Positions 55,207-64,000 of a stretch of 64,000 bases of DNA are shown in pieces. Within the stretch, counting starts at the first letter, position 1. Each line of letters starts with the position of its first letter. Location of the stretch: contig JBOEGD010000020.1 of assembly GCA_050633245.1 (NCBI GenBank), positions 141,492 through 205,491 on the forward strand, in the 5' to 3' direction. The notes below the pieces were generated by a model. That model had not been told where the DNA came from, did not search any database, and was given only the letters and a program-made list of their open reading frames with translations. The stretch comes from Calditrichia bacterium. GTDB taxonomy: Bacteria; Calditrichota; Calditrichia; RBG-13-44-9; J075. The position numbers and the translations under genes were made by a program.

Positions 55207-57606
55207 TTACTTCGCAAAAAACGTCGTTAAAATCTTATCCGTTCGCGTTCGCCAGCTTGTCCACCCGAAACCACTGCTGTATTCTTGAGTGATTGGCTTA
55301 TACCCTTTCTCGGTCAGCAACTTCGCAAATTCCTGATTGCTCTGCTGCCAGTTGTAGCCGCCACTCACACTACGATAATCGTAGCTTCCCCAATCCATGT
55401 AGATCTTCACAGGCTGCTTGGGCATGGTCGTTACCATTTCACGCAGTTCCTGCCCTTCCGCGCTCATGAGATGCGAAGACTGTCCGGCTATCATACCGAA
55501 GGTACCCGGATGTTTGAACGACGTGTAAAATGAAACGTAGCCGCCCTCATCGCCACCCATAATCAAGCGATCTGCTGCTTTGCCAGTGGTGCGCCAGGTT
55601 TTGTCTACAAACGGTACCAATTCCTCGGCAAGCATACGGGAATGATTTGCTTTGTTTTGACGAGCATATTCTGCAAAACGTGTTCGTGTAGGGATTATAA
55701 AAACTGCGACTACCGGTTTTATCTGGCCTGAAGCAATCAGGTTGTCCAGCGCGGTAGGAATCTTCCCAAAGTCGATTGACATTTGGCCATAGGTGATGTA
55801 AAGCGTGGGATATTTCTGCGAACTGCTCTCATAGCCAACCGGCAGATATACTTTGATTTGCCGCGTATCGCCCATGATTGCGCTGGCATATTCTGCCTCT
55901 ACTATCTTGCCTTGTTTTTTTGCCGTCCCCAAGAAGGTTGGCTTTTTCCAGGCGGGCATGGAAAACTGCGACTCTGTTCCATTGAAATTGCCGACGGTGT
56001 CCGGGTTGAGCGGGTCGGTGATGCGGTTTTCATAGTCGCGAATAAATTGATATCCCAGATGCGCATCCGGCTTCAATTTTGTCGAATAGTAGTAAAAGTC
56101 TGTTCCGGGAACGTGAATCATCGGTTCGTCGTCGTTCTGATCAAACATGTCGCCGGTTATGACCACATCTCTCACCTTGCCATTGTAGACGAAGTGAACA
56201 AGATCGTTTCCTTCAATGATTGGAAAAGACGTTTGTTTTTTTATAAAGGCATTAATGGTCGCTTCTTTGTCAGGCGCGTTTGTTAAAGTTCTGACAAATC
56301 CGGCAAACTTAGAGTTCGGTGCAACCGGGGCGCGTTTTTCTTCTTTTATATTAATGCTGGTGCTTGCCGCAGAAATATCGATTCCCGCTATTTCCCCAAG
56401 GCTACGTGCATAGATTTTACCGTTGGCGAAGCTTGGTGGCGACCAGGCAAGATCTTCAAAGACCTTCAGGTTTGCTTTTTCATTATAGCCTTTCGGAGAA
56501 GCATCAGCAATGTGCAGCGTTCCCTGCTTGGTGAGAATCACCAGATGGTCATCAACCAAAATAACAAAGCCATCGCCCGGTGGTCGGCTTTTCCAGACGG
56601 TCTCGCCGGTGGTTTCGTTTACACAGTTTAAAAAGCGGCCGCTATAGCTGTAAAAATGCCCGTCATGATATATTGGAACGTTGAAGCTGCGCTTAATGTC
56701 GCTGCTTTTCCAAAGTTCCTTTACGGCGAATGATCCTTCGTAAGACTTTACCTCCAGCAAACTGGCTTCTCTGTTACTGGCTTGCACCAGCAAATTGTCA
56801 CCGCTTGCTCGAACCGGATTGATGCTCCCACCATTTCCCTGATGATGAAATTCCCAAAGCTTCTCACCGGTTTTGGGATTCAATCCGTACAGGTATTGTC
56901 TGCCAGCTGCAATTAATTGGGTTTGTCCGCCAAACTCTGCGAAAATTGGAGAATGATAGTCGACTTGATCATTGCCACCACTCCATAATAGCTCGCCGGT
57001 CTCTTTATTATATCCGGAGATGGTATTGCCTTCGGTCCCACCAACTTCAACGATAAGTACGTTATCGTAAACGAGAGGTGCTGTAGTAAACCCATGGTTA
57101 GGCTCTCTGGCCTTATCTTTTTCTACAAGATTACGTGACCACAATTCTTTGCCAGACCCGGCATCCAGTGCAAACAGCTTGCCCTTGCGCTCTAGTCCGA
57201 AAACCTGATTACCGTCGATTAGCGGTGTGCTGGACGGTCCATTGTGTGATCCGTTTTGACCGACATACATGGGGCCCATTTTGTACTGCCATTTAGGCTT
57301 TCCTGTTGTTGCATCGAAGGACGCAAGAATGTCTGATGTACCGTCAGTGTACATCGTAATGGCTTGTTCCGGCGTAATTGACACGCTCGAATAACCCTGG
57401 CCAATTGATTGCCTCCACGCAGTTGTCAATCCGAATGAAGATTTGTTTGAAAATACTCCGCTAACACTGCTAGTGCCATTCTGGCCTGCGCCGCGCCATT
57501 GCGGCCAGCCTTCCTGCTTTGATGATCCATCTTCTTTTGCGGTTGCCGGCAAGATTAAGCCAACCAGCATTAAAAGTACGACGCTTTTTAGAGCGATGCG
57601 TTTCAT
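55207..57606 (-). CDS. secreted PQQ-like beta-propeller fused to an enterochelin-esterase-like alpha/beta hydrolase
   Basis: WPQWRG, GYSS and D..TG...W propeller repeats; DPLNP, VYLPVGY, EELVPFVD esterase hallmarks. Confidence 0.85.
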   Translation of the reverse strand: MKRIALKSVVLLMLVGLILPATAKEDGSSKQEGWPQWRGAGQNGTSSVSGVFSNKSSFGLTTAWRQSIGQGYSSVSITPEQAITMYTDGTSDILASFDATTGKPKWQYKMGPMYVGQNGSHNGPSSTPLIDGNQVFGLERKGKLFALDAGSGKELWSRNLVEKDKAREPNHGFTTAPLVYDNVLIVEVGGTEGNTISGYNKETGELLWSGGNDQVDYHSPIFAEFGGQTQLIAAGRQYLYGLNPKTGEKLWEFHHQGNGGSINPVRASGDNLLVQASNREASLLEVKSYEGSFAVKELWKSSDIKRSFNVPIYHDGHFYSYSGRFLNCVNETTGETVWKSRPPGDGFVILVDDHLVILTKQGTLHIADASPKGYNEKANLKVFEDLAWSPPSFANGKIYARSLGEIAGIDISAASTSINIKEEKRAPVAPNSKFAGFVRTLTNAPDKEATINAFIKKQTSFPIIEGNDLVHFVYNGKVRDVVITGDMFDQNDDEPMIHVPGTDFYYYSTKLKPDAHLGYQFIRDYENRITDPLNPDTVGNFNGTESQFSMPAWKKPTFLGTAKKQGKIVEAEYASAIMGDTRQIKVYLPVGYESSSQKYPTLYITYGQMSIDFGKIPTALDNLIASGQIKPVVAVFIIPTRTRFAEYARQNKANHSRMLAEELVPFVDKTWRTTGKAADRLIMGGDEGGYVSFYTSFKHPGTFGMIAGQSSHLMSAEGQELREMVTTMPKQPVKIYMDWGSYDYRSVSGGYNWQQSNQEFAKLLTEKGYKPITQEYSSGFGWTSWRTRTDKILTTFFAK

Positions 57607-57835
57607 CGGAACCTCTTGAGTTATTTATGGATAGATGCAGGCCGGTTACATTTGATAAGCCAGCCTCCCCACACGTTGGCGATAAGCGCAAAAAAGCGCT
57701 AGCTTGCTATTACGTAGGAAACCCGAAAATGTTTTGCCTAAAGTACTTTTAGATTCAGTCGATTATATCTTTGGAGCAGATCTTTAGCGACCATACCATA
57801 CAAATTCAATCACATCTATCAAACATGAGGACACC

Positions 57836-60800
57836 ATGTTTGTATTCCCCGTGCACGTTGCGTTAAAATCGCCCCGGTTTTTAAAGCGATTGCTTTTATC
57901 CGGAAGTCTCTGGCTTTCGCTCGTTTTGCCAGGTATGCTGTTTTCAGTCCATGCTCGCGAAATCGGCCTTCTTCCCATGGAAATATTTACGCCGGTGCAA
58001 TACGATGCGGCAAATCAAAATTGGGCCATTCTTCAGGCACCCAACGGAATGCTATATGTCGGGAATAGTAAGGGGTTGTTAGAGTATGACGGTACCACCT
58101 GGCACCTTTTTGAGCTTCCCACAATGGGGGCGGTGCGTTCATTGGCCATCGACGAGAATGGTACTCTTTTTATTGGTAGCCAGGAAGAGTTCGGTTACAT
58201 GGATATTAATTCCAATGGAGATATGTCCTATACCTCTCTCTACGAGCATGTAGAAGCGCAGGATTATGGTTTTAATGATGTCTGGAAAACAATTGTAACT
58301 GAAGATGGTGTTTTCTTCCGCACGACGAATAGGTTGTTTCGCTGGGCAAATAATGAGCTTCATGTTTGGCGTTTCCAAAACCGCTTGCAAAATCTGTTGA
58401 AGGTAGACAATAAGCTTTATATTCAGCTGCACGAAACCGGACTTTGTATGTTGATTGACGGCAGTTGGCAACCTGTCTCCGGCCTTGCAGATTTAGGCTC
58501 CTTTCGTATTACAGATATTCATTCTATCTCGGAAAGTCAGTGGCTTGTCTTCCTGCGTAATGAAGGAGTCGTGGAAGTCACGTGTTCGGAAAGTGGGATG
58601 CTCTCAACAAAACCACTTAAAAGCCCGATCTTTACAGAATTCAAAGAAAAACAAATATACTCTTCTACGCGACTTCCAAACGGCAATTTTGCTGTCGGTA
58701 CGGTTTTAGGTGGAATCTACATTATCTCTCCTGAAGGGCATTTGATAAATCGCAGCCATGCGAATAGCGGATTGCCGAGTGATCTTGTTTTAGACATTTT
58801 TCCAGATAATGAAGGCTCTCTTTGGCTGGCTCTTAATAAAGGAATTGCGCGAATTAGCAGCAACTCACCACTAAATATATTTGACGAATATCAGGGGTTA
58901 CAGGAAAATGTGCAGGCAATGGCTCGTTATAAAGATGTTCTTCATTTGTCTACTCAGGATGGACTGTGGAAGCTTGAGCCGACAGAAGGGCTAACAAAAG
59001 TGGTAAAGATCTCTGGCCTTCAAGCGATGAGTTGGGATCTGCTAACATATGAAGACGGAATACTATTGGGCGCCGGTTCAAATATCTATTCTTATGATGG
59101 CGAAGATATTACCAGGCTGGACTTCCCGATTTATTCTACGCCATATGTACTGGAGCGTTCTAAGGTAGATTCCTCCTTGTTTTACGCTGGCCGTGCAAAT
59201 GGCATAACCCGCTTTCGTTATCGCGATGGAGATTGGGAATTTCTGGATCAGATTGAGGGCGTGTCTCATCTTATTCGCTCGCTTGAGGAAGTCTTACCGG
59301 AGCATGAAGGAGGCGCAACAGTTCTTTGGGCTGGAACCCGAACCAATGGAGCTATCAGAGTCGAAATAAATGCAGCAACACAACTTATTGAGCAAGTAAC
59401 GCATTTTCGCGCAGAGAATGGACTTCCACCGGGGCAGATCGATGTTTTCAAAGCGGGTGGAACGCTGGCATTCGGAACGTCAAATGGTATCTATCGTTTT
59501 CGCGAACAGGAAGGTCGGCAAACCAAATTCTTTAAAGACCCGTTAATCACCGGAGCTCTTGGGTTTAGTGAGGCCGACTTTAAAAGCCACGCAGAAACAT
59601 CAAATGGGGATCTTTGGATTGCGTTTGAGGATAGTGTTGGGGTCCTTCGCAATCGTGATGGGATAATGCAGTGGAGCAGTCACGAGCTTAAGGCTTTGGA
59701 AGACATTAATGTAAACCATCTGCATCTCGATGGAGATTCTGTACTTTGGGTTAGCAGTGGTATCGGTCTGTATCGTTATGACCTGGCGAGTGCTGATCGA
59801 AAGGCGTCATCGTTCAATACCTATATTCGAAAAGTACATTTTTTAGAAACGGACTCAACGCTCTACAGTGGAGGACGTGTATCACCTGAAGGAGAATTTA
59901 AGGTAGAGTATTCACAACGAGAGTTGAGCTTTAGCTTTGCGGCGGGCTTTTTCGAACATAGCTTTCGCACGGAATTCAGCTATTTTTTAGAAGGTTTTGA
60001 TAAAACATGGTCTGGCTGGACAAATAAAACGGTTAAAGAATACACCAATATTCCGGAAGGCAGTTACACATTTCGTGTTCGCTCAAGAAATCTGTATGAA
60101 CAACCGGGTGAGGCGGTACTCTTTCAGTTTCAAATTCTGCCGCCGTGGTACCGTAGCTGGTGGGCCTATCTAATTTATTTGACGATTGCAGCGGCTTTTT
60201 GTATTGTGTTGATTCGCTGGAAAACCGCTGGTCTGCTGCGGGAAAATAGTGCCCTTGAGTCGGAAATAAGCGATCGGGCTGCAACGATTCTCGATCAAAA
60301 CCGTCGTCTGGAAGCATATAATAAAGAGCTTCATAAAAAGAATTCTGAAATTGAATGTCGTAATGTAGAGCTCCGGCAGGCGAAAGAAGCTGCTGAAGAG
60401 GCCACTCTTATTAAGAGCGAATTCCTCGCAAATATGAGTCATGAAATTCGAACCCCAATGAATGGTGTCGTCGGCATGACGGAATTACTCTCTGATACGC
60501 CGCTTAACACCGAGCAGCAAGAATTTGTCAGTATTATTCGCACCAGCTCAGAGTCGCTGCTAACAATTATTAACGATATTCTTGATTTCTCACGGGTTGA
60601 GTCTGGAAAGCTGGAGCTGGAGTATTTAGTCTTCGATTTGCAAAAGCTCGTACAGTCTACAATGGATATTTTACAACCGCAGGTTGCGGTAAAACCAGTG
60701 GAGCTGATTCTTGCCAGTGAGGTCGAGATGGATGGATTGATTGTTGGCGCCCCGTGCCGGTTGCGGCAAATCTTGATAAATCTGGTGACAAATGCCATCA

Positions 60801-61984
60801 AATTTACTTCAACCGGCAGGGTCGATGTCGTTATGAAGAAAATTAAAGAAACCCATGATGAGGTGACCTGCGAGTTTCGCATTACAGATACCGGGATTGG
60901 CATTCCGCAAGAGCATCTTTCCAGAATATTTAATTCATTTTCGCAGGTTGATGCATCAACAACGCGTCAATATGGTGGAACCGGACTTGGGCTTGCTATT
61001 ACCGAGAAATTGGTTATGCTAATGGGTGGGGACATCGGCGTGGAAAGCACTCCTGGGGAAGGCTCTACGTTTTGGTTCACCACCACGTTTGGAAAGGCTG
61101 CCACAGAAGAATCTGCGGGCATCGTTGCGGATACGCTCTCAGTCAATATTCTTATGGTTGATGACAGTCCGCATAGTGAAGGCAAACTATGCCATGCATT
61201 GTCCGAGCATGGACACGTGTGTGATCGGGTCGGCGGTACTCAGGAGGCCTTACAGTATGTTCGCGAGGCTCAGGCAAAGGATGAGCCGTATCAGCTAATT
61301 CTATTGGATTATCAAAAGCCTTTTGTGGATGGAGTGCTATTCGCCGGAGATTTGCACAATGATGCTGAACTAGCTGCTACGCCGATTTTTTTACTGACAC
61401 CAATGCGGGATTCTGGTGATAAATCGTTGATGCGCGAAATCGGCATCCTCGACTGTATTGCGAAGCCGGTGGAACCCGCCTACCTTTTTGCAAAGATAAA
61501 CGCCCTGTTTAGCAAAACGACCGAGTGCTCCGTTGAGGAATTCAAAGCACAAATGCTGCCTGGGAAAACTCACACAAAACATATCTTACTGGTAGAAGAC
61601 AATCCGGTAAATCGCAAGGTTGCGCTTCGCATGTTAGAAAAGCGGGACTATAAAGTATCGATTGCCCATAATGGGCAAGAGGCGCTGGATTTCCTTTGCC
61701 TGAACGAGGTAGACCTGGTTATTATGGATTTGCAAATGCCGGTGTTGGGCGGATTACAGGCAACACGACTTATCCGAGACGGTGCAGATGTGCTTGATCC
61801 TAATGTGCCAATCATTGCAATGACCGCCAATGCGATGCAACGAGATAAAGATGCCTGTGCAGAGGCCGGGATGAATGGTTACATTTCCAAACCTGTGAAA
61901 AGCGATCAGTTAACCGACGTTCTTCAAGAGGTCTTCAATACCCCACTGCTTGAAAAGTATAGCAAGTATCTTTCCTTAAGATAG
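57836..61984 (+). CDS. hybrid sensor histidine kinase (periplasmic propellers, Y_Y_Y, HisKA, HATPase, two REC domains)
   Basis: [12 protein letters not shown]; [15 protein letters not shown]; DTGIGI; GGTGLGL; LLDYQKP and IMDLQMP receivers. Confidence 0.95.
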   Translation: MFVFPVHVALKSPRFLKRLLLSGSLWLSLVLPGMLFSVHAREIGLLPMEIFTPVQYDAANQNWAILQAPNGMLYVGNSKGLLEYDGTTWHLFELPTMGAVRSLAIDENGTLFIGSQEEFGYMDINSNGDMSYTSLYEHVEAQDYGFNDVWKTIVTEDGVFFRTTNRLFRWANNELHVWRFQNRLQNLLKVDNKLYIQLHETGLCMLIDGSWQPVSGLADLGSFRITDIHSISESQWLVFLRNEGVVEVTCSESGMLSTKPLKSPIFTEFKEKQIYSSTRLPNGNFAVGTVLGGIYIISPEGHLINRSHANSGLPSDLVLDIFPDNEGSLWLALNKGIARISSNSPLNIFDEYQGLQENVQAMARYKDVLHLSTQDGLWKLEPTEGLTKVVKISGLQAMSWDLLTYEDGILLGAGSNIYSYDGEDITRLDFPIYSTPYVLERSKVDSSLFYAGRANGITRFRYRDGDWEFLDQIEGVSHLIRSLEEVLPEHEGGATVLWAGTRTNGAIRVEINAATQLIEQVTHFRAENGLPPGQIDVFKAGGTLAFGTSNGIYRFREQEGRQTKFFKDPLITGALGFSEADFKSHAETSNGDLWIAFEDSVGVLRNRDGIMQWSSHELKALEDINVNHLHLDGDSVLWVSSGIGLYRYDLASADRKASSFNTYIRKVHFLETDSTLYSGGRVSPEGEFKVEYSQRELSFSFAAGFFEHSFRTEFSYFLEGFDKTWSGWTNKTVKEYTNIPEGSYTFRVRSRNLYEQPGEAVLFQFQILPPWYRSWWAYLIYLTIAAAFCIVLIRWKTAGLLRENSALESEISDRAATILDQNRRLEAYNKELHKKNSEIECRNVELRQAKEAAEEATLIKSEFLANMSHEIRTPMNGVVGMTELLSDTPLNTEQQEFVSIIRTSSESLLTIINDILDFSRVESGKLELEYLVFDLQKLVQSTMDILQPQVAVKPVELILASEVEMDGLIVGAPCRLRQILINLVTNAIKFTSTGRVDVVMKKIKETHDEVTCEFRITDTGIGIPQEHLSRIFNSFSQVDASTTRQYGGTGLGLAITEKLVMLMGGDIGVESTPGEGSTFWFTTTFGKAATEESAGIVADTLSVNILMVDDSPHSEGKLCHALSEHGHVCDRVGGTQEALQYVREAQAKDEPYQLILLDYQKPFVDGVLFAGDLHNDAELAATPIFLLTPMRDSGDKSLMREIGILDCIAKPVEPAYLFAKINALFSKTTECSVEEFKAQMLPGKTHTKHILLVEDNPVNRKVALRMLEKRDYKVSIAHNGQEALDFLCLNEVDLVIMDLQMPVLGGLQATRLIRDGADVLDPNVPIIAMTANAMQRDKDACAEAGMNGYISKPVKSDQLTDVLQEVFNTPLLEKYSKYLSLR

Positions 61985-62016
61985 GCGTTAGGCAAAATCA
62001 TTCGACACTTGGAATG

Positions 62017-62081
62017 GTCACCTTGAGCGGAGTCGAAGGGCCCCAAAAGCACGTATAGACTTAGACTACGCTCAGTCTGAC
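62017..62081. repeat. REP-like inverted-repeat element
   Basis: GTCACCTTGAGCGGAGTCGAAG...CTTAGACTACGCTCAGTCTGAC, arms 17/22 complementary. Confidence 0.65.
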
Positions 62082-62158
62082 ATAATTGGAAAGCCTTTTT
62101 TGTCGAATAATTTTGTCTTCTCACTTATTTCTTCGAGAGTCTACAATTATTCCCTTCC

Positions 62159-62187
62159 TTGACAGTTGTTGCAGATTGCTTTAGAAT
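62159..62187 (+). promoter_or_regulatory. sigma70-type promoter
   Basis: TTGACA-N17-TAGAAT upstream of the C1B peptidase gene. Confidence 0.65.
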
Positions 62188-62280
62188 GTATTTTGATACC
62201 GCCTGCATCCTTTCTTAATATACAGTATATATTCGCTCCCCTAATTCATGTTTCTTTCACGCAAAAATCCAGGATCATCA

Positions 62281-63453
62281 ATGACATACCTTCAAACTAT
62301 ATGCACGTATCTTCTCGCAACTCTGTTGTTTGGAAATATATTATTAGCGGATGAAGCTGCACAAACCGAACTGAAAAGCGGCGAATTTGTGCTGAACATA
62401 TTGATTGATGTAGATGCCACAAACGTAAAAAATCAATCTCGTACCGGAACCTGCTGGACTTTCGCGACGAACTCATTCCTCGAATCCGAGCTCATTCGGT
62501 TGGGCAAAGATCCTGTAGATTTGTCGGAAATGTTCGTTGTGCGTAAAACTTATCCGGTAAAGGCACGCAGATATGTGCGGCTGCATGGGAATGGAACATT
62601 GGGAGCCGGAAGTTTGAGTGGAGACGTATTACGCGTTATTCGCGAACATGGAATGGTTCCGGAAGCGGTCTATAACGGTAAGTTTGAAAATGAAGAATTA
62701 CATAATCACAATGAGCTGGACGCAGTGCTTAAGGCCATGTTAAATACGATTATTAAAAATCCGGGTAAGAAATTGAGTCCGGTATGGCCAAAAGCGATTG
62801 AAGGTGTTTTGGATGCCTATTTGGGAGAAGCGCCTGAGTCATTCAAATTTGCAGGTAAAAATTATACGCCTCGATCCTTTGCAGATCATTTGGGCATAGA
62901 TCCGGATAACTATATAGAATTTACTTCGTTTAGTCACCATCCTTTTTATCAGCCGATGGCTATTGAATTGCCAGATAATTGGGCGTTGAATATGAGTTAT
63001 AATCTACCGCTCGACGAATTTGTTGGTTTGATGGATGCTGCACTTGAAAAAGGATACAGCCTTGGTTGGGACGGTGATGTTAGTGAAAAGAGCTTTGTGC
63101 AGAAAAAGGGTCTGGCAACTCTGCCTCAAAAAGTTTGGGATATGCGAACTAAATCGGAAAGAGACAGCATCTTAATGAAGCCGGAGCCGGAAATTGATGT
63201 AACGCAGGCAGTGCGACAGAAAATGTTTGATAACTATCAAACGACTGATGATCACCTCATGCACATTACCGGCATCTCGAAAGATCAGAACGGAACGCGC
63301 TATTATATTACGAAGAACTCGTGGGGCACAAAGGATCATACTCTGAGTGGTTATATTCACATGTCCGAGTCTTATACCAAAGCGAAGACGGTTTCGTTTA
63401 TCGTGCATAAGGACGCGATCCCCAAAGGATTGCGAAAGAAATTGAAGCTGTAA
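62281..63453 (+). CDS. C1B cysteine aminopeptidase (aminopeptidase C/bleomycin hydrolase family), exported
   Basis: NQSRTGTCW, DHLMH, KNSWG; signal-like N-terminus (alternative start at 62248). Confidence 0.92.
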   Translation: MTYLQTICTYLLATLLFGNILLADEAAQTELKSGEFVLNILIDVDATNVKNQSRTGTCWTFATNSFLESELIRLGKDPVDLSEMFVVRKTYPVKARRYVRLHGNGTLGAGSLSGDVLRVIREHGMVPEAVYNGKFENEELHNHNELDAVLKAMLNTIIKNPGKKLSPVWPKAIEGVLDAYLGEAPESFKFAGKNYTPRSFADHLGIDPDNYIEFTSFSHHPFYQPMAIELPDNWALNMSYNLPLDEFVGLMDAALEKGYSLGWDGDVSEKSFVQKKGLATLPQKVWDMRTKSERDSILMKPEPEIDVTQAVRQKMFDNYQTTDDHLMHITGISKDQNGTRYYITKNSWGTKDHTLSGYIHMSESYTKAKTVSFIVHKDAIPKGLRKKLKL

Positions 63454-63611
63454 AACTAGGTGTTTCAAAAAGACTTTTAGTGTAGGAAATAAAAATATAG
63501 AATAAATGAGAAAATTCAGGCAACTATTATCTCTTAGGAAATGTATTTACGATGAGTTGATGAAAAAACTATCAGACAAGAGATCCCGTGTATATGCCTG
63601 GATTTAGTTTG

Positions 63612-63644
63612 AAGCCGCGATTCGAAAGAACCGCGGCTTTTTTT
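63612..63644. terminator. rho-independent terminator between convergent genes
   Basis: AAGCCGCG-loop-CGCGGCTTTTTTT. Confidence 0.8.
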
Positions 63645-63654
63645 ATGCCGTCTT

Positions 63655-64000
63655 TTAGAGAACGCGGTCGACCAGATAGTTCATAATCTGATCTTTGGAA
63701 ATGCGCTCCTGTGCCATCGTATCGCGTTCACGCACCGTCACGGTACCATCTTCCATCGTATCATAATCGATAGTGAAGCAATACGGTGTTCCAACCTCAT
63801 CCTGTCGGCGATAGCGTCTACCAACAGCACCAGATTCATCATAGAAGACGCGGAATTGCTTCCGCAGGCTTGCAGTAATATCTTTAGCGACTTCAGCCAG
63901 ACCATCTTTTTTAACCAGCGGAAAGATAGCGGCCTTTACCGGTGCCAAAACCGGGCTAAAGCGCATCACAACGCGTTCTTCCTCTTCTTCATAGGCATCG
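63655..64000 (-). CDS. glyQS: glycine--tRNA ligase (alpha2 type), C-terminal anticodon-binding domain; 5' part lies outside the window
   Basis: LAPVKAAIFPLVKKDGL, GRRYRRQDEVGTPYCFTID, TVTVRERD. Confidence 0.92.
   Translation of the reverse strand, partial: DAYEEEEERVVMRFSPVLAPVKAAIFPLVKKDGLAEVAKDITASLRKQFRVFYDESGAVGRRYRRQDEVGTPYCFTIDYDTMEDGTVTVRERDTMAQERISKDQIMNYLVDRVL

Overview
Bacterial chromosomal window. It is probably from Calditrichota or a related FCB-group lineage; this is inferred from the Bacteroidota/Chlorobi-type rpoZ, the alpha2-type glycyl-tRNA ligase and three proteins ending in 'NYPNPFNP' FlgD-Ig/T9SS-type tails. Core genes (smpB, tyrS, rsmG, rpoZ, cinA, secD, secF, purA, partial glyQS) are interspersed with secreted peptidases (M4/M36, M6, S1, C1B), adhesin-like repeat proteins, a porin-imelysin-di-heme iron module and regulators. 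The strongest candidate for an undescribed system follows purA: a 190-aa, essentially catalytic-domain-only tyrosine recombinase whose promoter is bracketed by two 14-6-14 inverted-repeat sites (one perfect, one overlapping the ATG), followed by two large, AT-richer secreted proteins. The second candidate is a translationally coupled operon of GT4, a nucleotidyltransferase-fold protein and two B12 radical SAM enzymes, divergent from an orphan ABC ATPase. Other oddities are a 6xDUF1508-TM-OmpA protein, a MEMO1 protein with an RRE-like N-terminus, a PQQ-propeller/pseudo-esterase fusion and a highly structured 3' RNA after the iron operon. No rRNA, tRNA or CRISPR array was recognised. All calls are by eye; no database searches were run.
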